A stretch of 64,000 nucleotides of DNA. Origin: Lama glama (lineage: Eukaryota). Shown here in pieces: positions 50,161 to 64,000 of this stretch. The stretch's first letter is position 1. The number at the start of each line of letters is the position of its first letter. A model generated the notes under the pieces. That model was given only the letters and a program-made list of their open reading frames with translations. It searched no databases and was not told the origin of the DNA. The stretch spans positions 99,512,001 through 99,576,000 of the forward strand of contig CM052816.1 of NCBI GenBank assembly GCA_028534125.1, in the 5' to 3' direction. Made by a program: the position numbers and the translations under genes.

Positions 50161-53100
50161 TCTGGGGAAGATTGTGACATAGTGCAGAAAGGCAGCTTTA
50201 ATATCTGTTACATGCATTGTTATTGCATTGAAGAGTTACTTTTAGTCCTTTATATTCCATATATTTATGAATACAAAAATCCCAGATTGTTTATGTTTTT
50301 AATAATTTAACCCTTAATTTCTTACAATTTACTAAAAGTAATGCATGAGCAATTTAACTTAAAAACATCATCAAATAGTTGATATTTAACAAACTCATCA
50401 AAGACAGTTTCCTAGTTAGAAATTCTATTCGGTGTCAGCTATATGTTCAGAGACGCTAGAAATTCTGCTTTAAAAATAAACAAGTCCTTGTTATGCCTGA
50501 AACTGTCCTTTAAAAATGTTATTTTGAGAATAGTACTGTGACATGATCTCTTTATATTAAAGTAATTGTAGAGAATTCAGTATCCTTGGATTTTCTTTGT
50601 ATCTAATTACATTAGTGTGGGGTCTTCCAACCTTAACTGTAGAAGTTTCAATCCTGCTACAGTTCTAATATTTGATAGAGAGACTTAGTTTTCAAATCTC
50701 TGATTTTGCCCCCTCTTTCACATGCATGTGCTCAATCAGTGTAGCTCTAAGGCATCTTTGCTGATCAGGGAAGAACCAGCTGGGCACGCTTCATTACCTG
50801 CTCCTGGAAAAGAAAAGACACCCTGACTCTTAGTGTTTGCCGATTTCTCTAAAATACATGTTCCCTCCAGAGTCAGGTTCCAGCTACTGACGTGTCAGCA
50901 CCATGCGGAATTGGGAAGTTGGGAAGAAATGCTCATAATAAACTCTCCAGAGTTGGTTGGTGCCACATCTAGTATTTTCTTTGACAAAGAGGAAATGAAA
51001 GAAACTATAATGACATCTTTGCCTCAAGACCTGGCTCAGGCTCTCGAGTAAGGCTAGCATTGGGAACTTTTTCTTCCATCTTGTGGAATGTCTTATCACA
51101 CCAAGCTTGCAGCTGGTCACTCCTACCCAATAATTGTTCACCAGCGCCTGAGACAGTTGCAGGCACACCCGAGCTCTCTGTGTTAACTCTGTGTGGCCCT
51201 GTCCTCCCCCTGTGCTTAAGACATATGAGATTTTTTTTTCCTTCTCTCATAAGCATGGTGCTTAAACGCTTAGTAATCATTGAAACATCAGGGGATACAT
51301 CTGGGAAACCATATTCTGAAGGCTTAAGTCACTTGGGAGTCTCTCCTTCAGGAGGGAAAGCTTAGGGGCTAGATGATTCTCCCAGCACAGTTTCTCATAC
51401 AAGCACTGGCCGGTAGCCCACTGTCTGGGGAAAGGGGGCATAACCCTCTATTTTGTGTTCTGTGGGTTAAAGTATTACAGTTGTTCGAGATCCCCAGGGC
51501 ACAGCGCTCCACAGTGGAGAAGGAAGTGCTCGCTCAAGACCCAGGCGTAACCAGTGTCTGGTCCCATGTTTAGTCCAGGTTCTTGGATGGACAGTGAGCT
51601 GGAAATGTCACTAAAAATGGAGCCATCGAGGCCCAAGCCTGGGCCAACTGTGTGTCCATTCACTTTAACCAGGTTGGAGAAAGACTGATCTTCCTTCAGG
51701 ATAGCTGCTCCTCGGTTTGCTTCGAGCCTCCTTTTATGAGCGCTATCAGAGGCACGGAGAGTCGAGATAGTAGATGTGCTAGTGGTACCCAGTGTTGTCT
51801 TTCTGGTTGTGAACAGTTGACTTTCCTGGGTGTTTGCATAATCCCCCAGAGACCTTAGACATTCAGGGACGACATAAGGCCAGAGGGGAGACAATAAACT
51901 ATTTGCTAAAATGCAGAGGGGGCTCCAGTGATTAACTAGAGACAGTGCAACACCCACAACATGCTGTGAAGCCATTTATGATAATCACGCATGACAACTT
52001 TGTGCTGTTAAATGGGCATCTACCGTTAAACACAACGTAGTTGGTAAAACTGTCTACAAGGATTGTGATTTTCCTAGAAATATACCTTTTAAGGATACAT
52101 TTTCTTCCCTCGAATGCTGAGAAAATCATGGCACCCCAGCCCCCAGTGGGGATCAGGGCTGCAAATGAGTGAACTTCTGTGTTTCTTCTTCCTTTTCTTT
52201 GAGCTCAGTCAGATGTTCACATACAAGGCCTTCTCATGAGGACTGTTTGTAACAGATGTTGGTGCAGCCCCAGAAGGACAGGCCCAAAAGTGGATACAAG
52301 ATAGGGCCACGGTGAATATTCATCAGTTGAGTAAAACTGACTCAGAAAACACGGAGGTACTAAATGGAGAGGGCAAGTGGGAAAGAGCGCATGTGATAGA
52401 TTCTGTCATTGGTCTTTTCGGAGGATGGAATTTTAAAGTGAACTTTGTTTGGAGCATAAAGTTCTCTTACGCAGAGGGCTTTTGCTTCATAACAACTAGT
52501 TTTTCATTTAATTTATTGTCTTCTTACATTTTTCTCCCAGTTTGAAACAGGATTAAAAGTCAGCAGATAGTCAGGAAAATGGCCTTACTCATTCTCTTCC
52601 ACATCTTGCCCAGGCTCTCTGTTGCGAGTAGGGTGAAGTTCAGGTTTGACGCCATTGCCCCGGGGAGATTAGCTTCCCTTTCAGTGGATGCTGTTTGTCA
52701 CCATGAGGAGACTCAGACCCAGCCAAGGTGGGAAAACTAATGGAGACAGAGAAACAGACCATTCACATAGGCAGTAATAGGACAACTGTAACACAGAAGA
52801 CATTCTTGGCAAGAAGTGAAAATCACCACCATTGTTTCTGTCTGAAGATGCAGGCAAATGAGGCAGCCCCTCCTGGGATGAACCTGAGTTCTAACAGAGG
52901 ACTGGAAAAGAAGAGAGATTTATTTCAGAACTGCCATGTAATAAAGAGCTTTTTAAAAAGGAACATTCATTCCCCACCATGTACTCTTTGTTTGTTTGTT
53001 TATTTCTTTTTTGTTTTTTTGTTTAGGGCTCTTTTTTTATTAGTAAATGAAAGTAAGAAATTATTTCTACAAAAATATCTTGAAGGCACATAAAAATCAT

Positions 53101-53268
53101 TTTTTAATTTTGTTTTTAACCAGTCAGACATGTTCATAAAAAGTGGGATGTTGCTGTCATTTCAAAACTCTGAAAGGAAACTTATTTTGTAGTCTTGTTG
53201 ATAAACTCATGCTAAGAGAAAACCCTCTTTTTAACTCACTACAGATTTCTCTCTTTTTCTTTTTGAGA

Positions 53269-53445
53269 TTTTTTTTTTATTGAGTTATAGTCAGTTTACA
53301 ATGTTGTGTCAATTTGTTTTATACTGAAGTACAGTCAGTGTCAATTTCTGGTATACAGCATCCTGTCCCAGTCATGCATATATATACATATATTCATTTT
53401 TATATTCTTCATTAAATGTTATTACAAGATATTGAATACATGTAC
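53269..53445 (-). mobile_element. Young L1 3' terminal fragment(s), antisense, with poly-T; apparently two tails in tandem
   Basis: 'tttttttttattgagttatagtcagtttacaatgttgtgtcaattt' followed by 'tactgaagtacagtcagtgtcaatttctggtatacagcat...ttattacaagatattgaata'. Confidence 0.8.
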
Positions 53446-54804
53446 TGTTTGTTTTATTTTAATAACATTTGCCCCAAATTGCATAACAGTCCACAAAGGT
53501 GTTCAGCCCCATTGCGTCTCCCAGCACTCGCGGTGGCCCTCCCTGGTGGAGTGGATGGGGGAGGTGACCGTGGTGAAATATGAAATGGTTCTGCAGCAGG
53601 TAGAGGGCAGTGCCCAGACTTGACCTTAACCATGTGTGTCCTGTTCCCAAGACCGATGCTCCTTGGACTAAAGTCTTGTGCAGTCTGCCCTCATCGTGGA
53701 TTCATCAAAAGGGAAAAAAACACCTGCTCTATACTGCATGCCGCATTTATACGTGTGACTAGGCGCGCTGCATTTCTGGTGTAAAACATGGGCTGCAAAC
53801 ACCTTCCAAGTGATAGAGGAGAGATCTCAGATATAAAAGTTCTTTAGCCCCTGCGCTTCTGAGATCAAAGGCACTATGTTAACTAAGGAAAATTTTTATG
53901 TGATCCATTGGTAAATAAATATTTTGTGTCCTTGTCTCTTTAAAGCTTATACTTTAAAAGTCACCCATTATACATTAAGAATTTTCAGCAATTTAAATAT
54001 TTTGGAGATCACATCTTAAATATGTTCTCTCTGGACGCTGGTGTGTGAGAGCAAATAAAAGGGGAAGAAAAGAGAAATGTTAACCCCAGGAGAGAAGGCC
54101 TAATTAAGGCTGAATCACAGAGCCAGGTTCACAGAGCGAAGTCTACATCTCACATGACATCTGCATTGGTACCAGTGGCGTCCATGCGGACCCATGTTGC
54201 TGCAATATGTGCAAAACAAAGGAGTAAATCTTGAGGTGTTATTTTAAAGTGTGAACAGAACAACGGATTTTAGTGAATGCCAGTTGTGTGGTCTTGATGG
54301 TAATTGTACAAGTCCTCATCTGCTTATGAAAAATTAGATCATTTTATCCAGCTTGTGAGTAATTTTTCTTCTTCCACCGCGCAACTGGCGCGTTCCCACC
54401 ACTCTGTCGCCTCCGCCCATTCTGTGGGAACGCTGGTGGGACTGCCTAGACATCTTTGAACCTGGTAGACGTTCCTGATAGGGAAGGATGTGAGAGTCAT
54501 TGCGCACAAACCCTCGGCAGAGAGAGAGCTCGTGGGACCTCCTCCCTAATGCTCTCAGCTCAGCGAGCCCGTTTTCTGTTTCACCCTTTATCCCCTTTAC
54601 CTTTTGTTCAGAACTAAGGTTAAAGGTGGGCTCTTTTGTTAAGTACAAGGTAAAAGGTCCAGCATGTATGTCATACTGGCATTTATTCTCCCAAATATCC
54701 GAGTATTCCTAATATTAAATTTCTAAATAATCAAATAAGAGAGCTGAGTGACAATGTGTTTACATAAAATGTCTGTTTTTCCATCGCTTCCTTGATCATG
54801 GTTT

Positions 54805-54895
54805 GCTTTGCACCAGGCACTGCCTAAGAGCTAGGGACACAGCAGCCAATCAGCAGCGGGGCTGGACTTTGGCTTCCACTCATAATGTAGAAAGG
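54805..54895 (-). mobile_element. L2 3'-end fragment
   Basis: 'ccaggcactgcctaagagctagggacacagcag' versus antisense L2 CCAGGCACTGTTCTAGGCGCTGGGGATACAGCAG. Confidence 0.55.
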
Positions 54896-55622
54896 CGCAC
54901 AGAGCTTCGCTTCCACCCTAGTGAGGAGAAGAAGAAAGTTAACCTACAAAGTCCTAACTTTATTTAGGTCATAAGGGAGATGGTGCCACAAGACAGCTAA
55001 GGAAACAGAATCTTCTATTATAGAGAAACGAATCCTCAAAGGGGAGGCAGTCAGCCCCAGCTGTCTCCCTCTGGTAGAGCACAGAGGAGAGGGGCGGCCT
55101 CACTTAAGGGGATGTCAAGAACTCAGACACAGCTGTGAAGAGCTCGTCTAGGCCCAGCGCTGGCCGCTGTCGGCGTGGAGCAGCTGCCCCACCCCGGAAG
55201 CAAGCGACCTTTGCTCTCACTTGCTGTCATTCTTCTACAGGCTTTTACTGTGTGCTCATACGGGAAGTCCGGGAGGGCCGAGAGAATGGTGCAGATGTCG
55301 GGGTCTCCGGGGGCTCCCGGAGGACAGGTGCACAGCCTGACTAAAGGCACACAGACCAGTTTAACTCCATTTTCTAAAAACAGCTTCTCATTGCATTCGT
55401 GGTCTGGAAGTGATTTTCTCTCAAAGTTCTGAGGGCAGTCGAGCAGTGATCACCGTAACCAGTCTGGAGTTCGGGGGCAAATACATTCATAGATTTCACA
55501 TCCAATCAATCAATTAACTCAGTCGCATCCTTCACCCCAAACTGTCCAAGATCCCAGAGAACTTACACAGTCCAGAGGAAGGCGTTTCTTCATATCTATA
55601 CTCCAGCAAGGGTGGCACCAGA

Positions 55623-55657
55623 CTCTGACTGGCACCCGCCTCTGACTGGCACCCGCC
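55623..55657. repeat. Tandem 17-bp duplication (CTCTGACTGGCACCCGC)x2
   Basis: Two exact adjacent copies read directly. Confidence 0.9.
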
Positions 55658-58600
55658 GCCTCTGCTTCAGGTGAGCAGCTGCGTGTGCCAGCAGCCCGGT
55701 CCAGGCTCAGCGGCAGGAGGCCCGTTCCCCAGGGCGTCTTGCTGACCCCGCGGCTGCTCAGGCCACACAGGGACCTGGAGGGGAAGGGAATCCTCTCTCC
55801 ATCCAGCAGTTTGGGCTCTGGTTTATCACCTCTCCTTTGCCCCACTTGTGAGGGAAGGATGCACGCCCTGGAGCAATGGGAACGGAGGAGGCTGGCAGCA
55901 GTTTGCTGGCCAGATGTGCTCACCGCCCGGAGAAGGAGACTGCACGCCAGGCAGGGCTGCACCGAGCCTGTGCTCGGGACAGGGAAGCAAGAAGAGCTGC
56001 AGGAGGCAGGCTTGGCAGTAACAAGGGGGCGACGTGCCCCCGCGATCGGCTGGTGTGGACAGTCCTGTGGGCTGGCCGGGAGCGGGCACCACAGCTCAAG
56101 GATAGACAGGAAGTGCTCCTGGAGGATGCTCTGGCTGGGAACTTTACCCACCGAGGAAGGGTTTTGTGGTGAGAAGAGCTGTGGCAGGGCTGCCAGCGAC
56201 CCAGGCAGCACCGAGCACAGGCCTTTCACTCGAGGCCCCACGTCACAGGTGCCTGGGGTGCCAGGGGCCAAACGGCCTCAGCAATGTGGAGTCGGGAGCG
56301 GTTCTCACACCTGCCGTCTCCTGACCCAGAGTCCGTAACTGCTCTCCTCTCTCTGACAGTTGCTGTTGTTGCTTTGGGAAGTATTTCTTCTAAAGTTTGA
56401 AAATTTCCAAACCCCTCGTTCTCAAATCAGGAGACCCAGCCCACCATTCTCAGGTACCTTGGGGGACGCCACTCACCTGTCTTGAAGAGACCACCACCCT
56501 ATGAAGTCACGTGATTTGAGCTGTCCTCAGATAACTTCAAAGGGTCCACCCCGACCCCTCTGACATGGCCAGATTCAAGACTGAGACTTTTTACACGGCT
56601 CTCACTGCAGAAGGAACGTAACAAAACTTAAACCACAGTGATCATTCCATCTGTATGATTCCCACGTGTTAATGAAGAAAGAAGGCATAAAAATAAAAGA
56701 AGTGCAAGACAGTCCTGCTATTAAACGCCAAAGTCACCACAAACCTGGACATCTTTCTCCTACTGTACATCTCCATCAATGATCACAACTTACAAATGCG
56801 GACCTTACGTCGTATCATGGCTCCTTCGCGCATCAGCTACCCATTGTTCTGCGACACTTTAAAAAATCTTAGTTAAAAACAACCGTTTTACCTGCATAGG
56901 GGTTTCTAGGTTAGAAATCTGCAGTGGGATTTGCTGGAGAATTTGTCATCCGATGTCAGCTGGGGTCTCACAGCTGGTGGCTCACCTGAGCGTAGACGTC
57001 ACGATGCTTCACTCCCCTGTTGAGGGCTGGTGTGGCTGCTGATGGCTCGTGAGTCTCCGGAAGAACAGCCAGGCCTTCTTTACATGGTGACCTGGTTTCA
57101 AGGCTAAAAGCTTCAAGGACTCCTGCTGCCCGTGCTGGCAGGCATGGTGACGTCCCTTCAGAGTCAAGGGCTGAGAAGACAGTCTCTCCTTCATTAGGGG
57201 AGGAGATAAAAATGGAAGACACTCAGTTTACTGCATCTAAATTTCTGTGAAACCAAGTTTTACAACAAATAGGTAAAGAATTACTCCATCCAGAAGATAC
57301 AGTAGACGTTCTGATGTTATTTCATTAGCTATCCATAATCCAGGAGCTCATTTCAAACTCAACAGATTTTTTTTAAATTAAATGTTGATCTCTTCAAATA
57401 TTTAACATAACATCTTAATAAATAAAAGATTACAGTCCTCCTTCCACAAAGGGACCTATCACAGTTTCCTAGCGAGTTCTGCTTTTATTTTTCTATTGCC
57501 CATCTGGCAAGTGTCTGTCTGAGTACTTTAGAAGCCAGAACAAAGTTAAATTTAAATTGACAGAAACCCAAGAGCACCGCCAAGTCCCAGAGACAGGATT
57601 CCTTTTCGGCGAGAGGGGGCAGGGCAGTGTAGCTTTTAAAACTGTGGGTCTGGAGTCTGGCATGTCTGAGCTCACATGTCATCCTGAAATCCGTTCAGCA
57701 AACGACACCATCTGATGACCTTCCTGGTGTCCTCACTGGAAAGGGCACAATGAGGTGCTACGGCTGCTCGTTGAGGGTTTAGACGTGAAGCTTATCTGTC
57801 AGGATGGAGGGAGGTCGTTCTGCAGGTGTCGGGAGCATCCTGACAAACTCCTGCGGAGGGCCTGGGGGACTCAGAGAGCCCTTCTCTGAGGGGCCTGTTT
57901 ACACAAGTGGGCGTCTAAGGCTCTTGCAATTCTCCTGGATTCTACTTTTATCCCAGGGACCCACTTTTCCCCTGGAAGAAAAGTTTGCTTCAAAGCGCTG
58001 GGAGGATGACTGAATGGAGAGGAACATCTGCGCCCCCTCGTCCCCACGATGGTGGTGGAGTGGGGCCCCAGACACCCAGGCCAGAGCCACAGAAAGCTTT
58101 CCATCAGGACAGAAGGGAGCGTCCTGGTCCAGGCGCAGCGGTGGGTCTCTCGGTTCCCACCCGCAGCTGCCCCCTCGGAATCCTGGATTGTACTTCCCGG
58201 CGTTCTTCGTGACCAAAGGGCATATAATGCTTTTGTTAAAATACCACTTTCATTTTAATTAAACAGGAGAAACGGTAAAAAGTGTACTCCTCATGTCACA
58301 TCGGGCTCCGTCTGGGCGTCACGGCCCTCAGGCCCTCCTGGCCGTGGCGGTCTCAGGCTCTCCGAGCTTCAGCGGCCTCGGCAGCCGGGAGGAGTGCCGG
58401 CCGTGGGCTTCGCGGAGCCCTCTCGGCCAGGACTGGTCTGACGCTTTTCTGCTGGTTAGTCTGGGCTTGTGGGCTTTGGGCCACAGAGGCGAAGTGCCCT
58501 CTCATCGCAGTCTATCAGGCGTCCACGCTCTCACCGTGACTTCTCCGGGCTGGCGTCGACCTTGATGGCTGGGCGGAGGCCAGTCGCGTCGGTCGAGCCT

Positions 58601-61600
58601 CTGTCAAGGTCCCCTTCTCATGCTGTACTCTTTGGAAATGAGACACAGAGCGTAGCCCCTTCTTAGGGAGTGGGGCCCCCTGTTCCGCCTCCTGAGAGCA
58701 GAGTGTGTACACAAGTTACAGGGACTTCTCCGACAGCGTGCGAATTTGTGTCTTCTTCTTTTTATCTCTTTTTTAGGATAAAATAGAAGCTTCTGTTGTG
58801 TCAAGGAAAGCCTCTGATGGCATGGCCTGCTCACCTCGCTGGCCTCACCTCCTTTCTCTCCGCCAGTCCTCACTGTGTCAAGCTACTTTGGTGTTCGGAT
58901 CTCTCATCCCAAGCTCCGCCCATCTCAGGGCTCCAGCACGGGCTGCCCCCTCTCCAGATGCCCCGCTCTCACACTGTGTGGCTGAGACAGGCCAGGCCAG
59001 CTGCCCCACGTGCTCCGGTGTGCCACACTTTCAGTTACAGCTGCATCTCTCCAAAGCTACCAGTTGCTTGAAATTCAGAGATGATGCTGTCCTCAGAAGA
59101 ACTTAGTCAAATGCATTCTCCTTGATTTTCTTCGCTTTGTCATTTCTGTTATCTCTAGATTCCGTGTGAAAATGTGCTCCTTGCTTCTTTCTTAATGCAT
59201 GAAAATGGGCTATTCATGAGGCAAATGACATTCACTCGCCCGCAGGTATTGTATGTGGTCACACGTGACTGAACTTTGCGGAAAGAGCTCAGCCTAACCC
59301 CCCAAATATAGGCACTAAAAATCGGTTAATGGACACGCGATGCAAAGTTCTGTGTTAACAGCACCTTCGAGTTTTACCAGCTACGTGTACTTTCATTTGC
59401 ATACAGAAACACTTAACAAAGAGTTAGAAATTGCACATCCTTTTCCCACCTTGTGACAACTGTCTTAACCAAGATTGTACATACCCTTCCAGGTACATTT
59501 TCTATCCATATTTTCGCAATAAGATGAAGAAAGAGGAATCTGATCTAGAGCAATTTTACTCCACTTATAAAGTGCAACAGACAAGACCGAGTCATCCACG
59601 GAGCACCACGTTCTCTCAGGGAACGGCCACCCCCAATGCCAAGTTTTGGGCTGAGCATTTGAACACCTGCCTTTTATACTCAGACCATCAGAAAATTGCA
59701 TTTTCAAGGCAGTAATTCATTTTTTAAGAATGGTGAGAGGTTCGAACATTTATTTTAATCTGGCATTTGGTAAACATTTGTGTTTGTTTGCTTCTTTGTC
59801 TGTTACTAGGTGTGTTTAATTCTTGCTTGTAGAAGACAGAATGGAGCTGCAGGAATTTACTCAAAGATTCCAGCAGCAAGACCCTGGAGGAGTCTCCTCT
59901 CTACTTGGAAACTTGGAAGAGTTGGTAGCCAATGTTCACAAGCCAGGCTTTATACTATACCAAATAAAATTCTCAGGTTGAATTTCACTCTATGCTACTC
60001 ATGTATGCAAATCCTATACAATGTTAAGGACATTTCTCAGATTCCTACTAGAAATTCACTATCACAGATACATTAGTTGGCTTCTCTTGAAAGGAGATAA
60101 TTTTCATTGCCCAAGATGATGACGGGCAAAATGGTAGACGCATCTTCTCGATGACCATGTGCCCTTGACTTCGGAGGCACTGGGCTTGTTCTCCATCCCC
60201 CTGCACCTGGGCGTCACATGAGCTACACAGGCAGAGGCTCCCTTGTGAGTCGTAAACAGGGCTCTGGACATCTTGCCTTGCAAAGATGAAATGAGTGTGG
60301 GACAGGATGAAAAGTTCAGAGCATGATGGATGGGCCATCCCCACTGAAGGTCACACGACTGGGGAGAATCAGCCACTTAAAATGTATTAGACAAAGTGGT
60401 GGAAAATAACAATGCTTTCTTTTTTGAGCTCCATTCTCAATTGTCTCTGAAGATGGATGTGCCTAATCAGACGAGGCCACACCGACTATTTATCGCTGGG
60501 CTCTGAGATGAGGGTGGTGATGATGCTGTCTGCCAGGAGGGACATGAACTCTGGACGAGAGGCTGCAGAACTCTGGGCCCCTCACGTGCGAACCGCGGCC
60601 CTCACTGCCGCTGGAGTGGGTGCTGTTACATCCAGAAGAAATGGATCAGTGAACAGAGTCAGACCCACAAACTGACTAAGCTAAAGATGGTAACAAAGAA
60701 GTGACAAAAATCTGGTCCATGGTGGTGGCTTGGAAGCCCAGACAGGTCATTCATGAGCAAAAGTGGATTAGGTTTTGGGTAGACTTGTCATTTCTTTGGG
60801 TAACATGCAAAACCGCTCAGATCCTGTAGTAAGTGCCAACTTACCATTCTCGGAATGTAGGAGCAGAAACAGGGCAGGACTTGGGGCAGAAGAAGGTGAG
60901 GAAATCACTGAGAATGCATGTGTCACTGTCAGTGTCACCAAACTGTGACCACCAAGGTGTCAGGGCCCCCAGCTGCAGTGTGTGGGGTGAGAATGTTGGA
61001 GACTCAGATCTTAAAGCCATCATTTCTAATTATGTAGAGAGAATTGGAATTAAAAAAAAAATCCAAAAAAGCATGGGTTGAGTGAAAGGCTGATGCTATT
61101 CACTAATAGGAACGTAACGCATGACAGCTCGAACGCGGAAGCAGCAGCATCTGTCCATTGAAACGAAGCCGTTCCTGCAAAGTGGTTTCTCATCTGTTTT
61201 GAAATGTGTTCGGTCATGACAAATGCTCCTGTGCACACAGCTGAGTCAAGGATTTTGTCTGTGGAACATTCACACAGAAGAAACCTAACAGGCATGTTTT
61301 CAACTCATGACAAGTTGGTTTTAATCATGGACAGTAGTTGTGTCTACTTTCTGCCAACCTTGTCAGGTGTAACTGCTGATCTGAGAAGTTCTCTTTAAAC
61401 CAAACCACATCAGTGAGGCTAAGAGACGCTGAGATTGTCTTGGGAAAAGGTGAACATGAGCGACATGAAGCAGCAGGACTCTCTGGAGCTGGGTGGCATG
61501 GGGGAGTGAGGAGGACGAAGAGAGAGAGGACCCTGCAGCATGTGTCCAGGCGGAGGAAGCAGCCCCTGGTCTTGCTGCGACTTTGTCATGGAACCTGACG

Positions 61601-64000
61601 GCTAGCAGGAATTCCATACGCGCTTATTGGGCTGAAAGACAAGGGAGGGAAAATGTCGGTGACTTCTCCAGCCACGGCTTGCTGCCAGTGACGGTGTGCA
61701 CTGTTCAACTCCAGAGCAATAGGTGAGTCACAGATGGCTTTGGTGCATTCACAGCTTCCAAGTTTTCCCTTAGGTCAAGAGTCAAGACAATCAGGATCAT
61801 CAGTACTGTCTGAGCTCACGTTCCTGCCATGTGAATCGGGAAGGTATTGTGCATAAAATAGTTTTAGCATTGAAAGCTCTCGTCACTAACAGGAAAAACT
61901 TTTTACTCAGTTCAGAAGACCATCTGGTCAAAGAATGAGGGTTATATTTATATATGGAATATTCTACAGTGGTTATAATAACATAAATAACATCACCAAA
62001 GTTTTTTGGAAATAGAAGGTAGAAAATCTCTAATGATGCTCACTGATACCTATAAAATATTCTTGTCCATCGTAACTCTTAAATTATAAATAATCATCAT
62101 TTCTATCCTACAGATTATGATACTCTATATGTTGTGAAATAGTCCCACTATAGGATGTGTCATCAAATGGACTCATAACACCTAAATTGCCTTATTACAA
62201 TTTAGAATAAAAACTAAAAGGTAATGAAAGGTAGGCAGTGAAGTTGATGGGTGAGAGCGAGGACTCCCTCATGCCAGCCTCACGCACTGGCTGACTCCTC
62301 ACTGTCACGGGGAGCTGCAGACATAAATGCCAGCTCTCAGCTATGACTGGTCTGGGGTGGCTGAGTTCTTGCTCAGAAACATCCAGATGTTTGTGTCTGC
62401 AATATTTATGGCATCCTTCTCTCTAGTTCCATCTACGTATTAATAGTTAAACAATTGAAAGAGCCATCTACCGATCGCCACTTTATTTTCATATAGAAAG
62501 TGGGCTGGAATCTCATTACGAAGGAATTCCATGAGCGATTGAAGCGAGCCATGGGCCCCAACCTGAAGCCAAGAGGAAACAGGCCCCGTGCGTGTCGTGG
62601 GCATCTGCTCGCAACATGGGGACCGGGAGGCCGAGGGGAGAAAGGATGAAAGACGGAGAACAATTTCAAATTCCAAGAGAAATCCTTTGGCTAAGAATAA
62701 TGTATCCTCCGTGTCTTTCAAAAATTTCCACAACAGATGGGCTCTGGGATGCCCTCCCCACCGAGGTCTAAGAACAGTAGGGCCGATTCCAATTACTTAC
62801 TTGGATTTGGAGGAAATGGAGAAAAAAGTCAGTCCTAATAACATTTTTGGTGTCGGATGAACCACAGAAGTCGGTGATCGGCCCAGACTAAAGGTCAGCG
62901 AACCCCAGCAAGACGAGCGGGGCCCAGGGCGCTCGCCCAAGCCTGGCTCCTCTTGCAGGACCTCCTCCCCGAAACCCATCCCTTTAGGGGATTTAAACAT
63001 GCGTTTCCCCCACCCCAGGCACCTTTTCCTTTGTTGTTTTATTTAGAGGGGGTGTGGCTGCCGGAGGCTGTGGGAGATGGGCGATTGCAGTGTAGACTGG
63101 GTGAGGGCACGGAAAAGGCTGTCTCCAGGTGCAGGGCTGAGCCAGGGAGGTCCCAGACGCCGTGGTGGTTCCTTCCAATTCTCGGCTTCAAAAAAGTCAA
63201 CCCATTGAGATGACAACAGCCCATTAACATGGGCTCAAACTCCCAAATCTGCCCCCTGCTTTTGCCATCAAAAACAGCCTTCCCCCAATTCAGTGCCCCC
63301 GACCAACCGGGTCTGCAACACATTTTCGTCAGGAGGAGCTGTCTCTCTGAGAAAGCCATGCACTCTTCTCTTCTTTCTTTTCCTTTGGAGCTCGGGGGGA
63401 CATGGACACCACGTCAGGGAGGGCAGCACCCCACGCGCTGGACTGCGGCTGCCTCCCGCCCGACGCCTGTAGCCGGGGCTGAGCGCCCCCACCGCTTTCC
63501 GGATTTCCCGGCATCATTTCCACCACGGACTCGACTGTCCTATCCAGATGCTGGTCCAAAGACATCCTGGGGAACAGGGCCCCCTGTCTCTGTCACATTC
63601 ATGTGTTTGAATGTCATTCAGGACACCCTGACTGCTGAGAGGCCAAGAAAAAAATTGAATTGAATGTTTTGAGTGAGTCTCTTCAGACCCACTTATCCTG
63701 TGATGGCCACAGCGTCTGGCCTCAGGGATGAGCACAGGGGAGGGCAAGCTCTGCCCCAGAGCCACCGCCACACTCCTGACTCCCAAGGGCCTGCGGCCCT
63801 TCTCTGATTCAAAAGCTTTTACGATAGGATGATAACGCCCAAAGGAGGACTAACAGAGAGAAGGGAGCTTGGTTATGCCTGCTGGCTTCAGAGTGGCTGA
63901 ACTGCATTCCCCGAAGAAAATGGTCCTTGTTTTTCTGAAAGGCTTTTATTGATTTTATTCTTTCAGCTTATGAAGAACTTAACTAAGCTGCGACAATATG

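Noticed and set aside
51475..51975. 166-aa minus-strand ORF
   Set aside because: No recognisable domain, no supporting gene structure.
55519..56338. Overlapping 250-aa (-) and 217-aa (+) ORFs
   Set aside because: Low-complexity Ser/Pro/Arg/Gly/Cys composition, open on both strands in GC-rich DNA, no recognisable domain; consistent with stop-codon depletion.
767..60012. Several octamer sites (ATGCAAAT/ATTTGCAT at ~767, 8804, 15325, 27951, 38704, 60005)
   Set aside because: Dispersed; number close to chance expectation for an AT-rich 8-mer on two strands.

Overview
Mammalian (eutherian) non-coding genomic DNA with no protein-coding exon, RNA gene or prokaryote-type system that I can support. 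The young LINE-1 3' UTRs resemble cetartiodactyl L1. I saw no Alu, B1/B2, SINEC, Bov-tA/BovB or PRE-1, so a camelid or other non-ruminant artiodactyl is my best guess (inference). The window is a patchwork of three things: (i) decayed transposons (L1MD/L1MC/L1ME/L1MB-like and younger L1 fragments, L2, MIR, MLT1 and MLT2 LTRs, an ERV1 solo LTR, MER58A, MER5A, a Tigger2 end); (ii) CpG-rich patches with no associated gene; (iii) unique, motif-dense segments that look like enhancers. A 500-N scaffold gap lies at 42592-43091. Two signals stand out. First, an ancient, originally AT-rich L1MD-like 3' UTR near 16.5-16.85 kb appears to have been rewritten almost entirely by A/T->G/C substitutions into a CpG-rich patch, a likely GC-biased gene-conversion footprint; a second such patch lies near 45.8 kb. 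Second, a ~335-bp non-TE-looking direct repeat (13855-14195 / 17477-17808) brackets that region. Repeat family names come from recalled consensus sequences, not a database search. The locus or neighbouring gene could not be identified.
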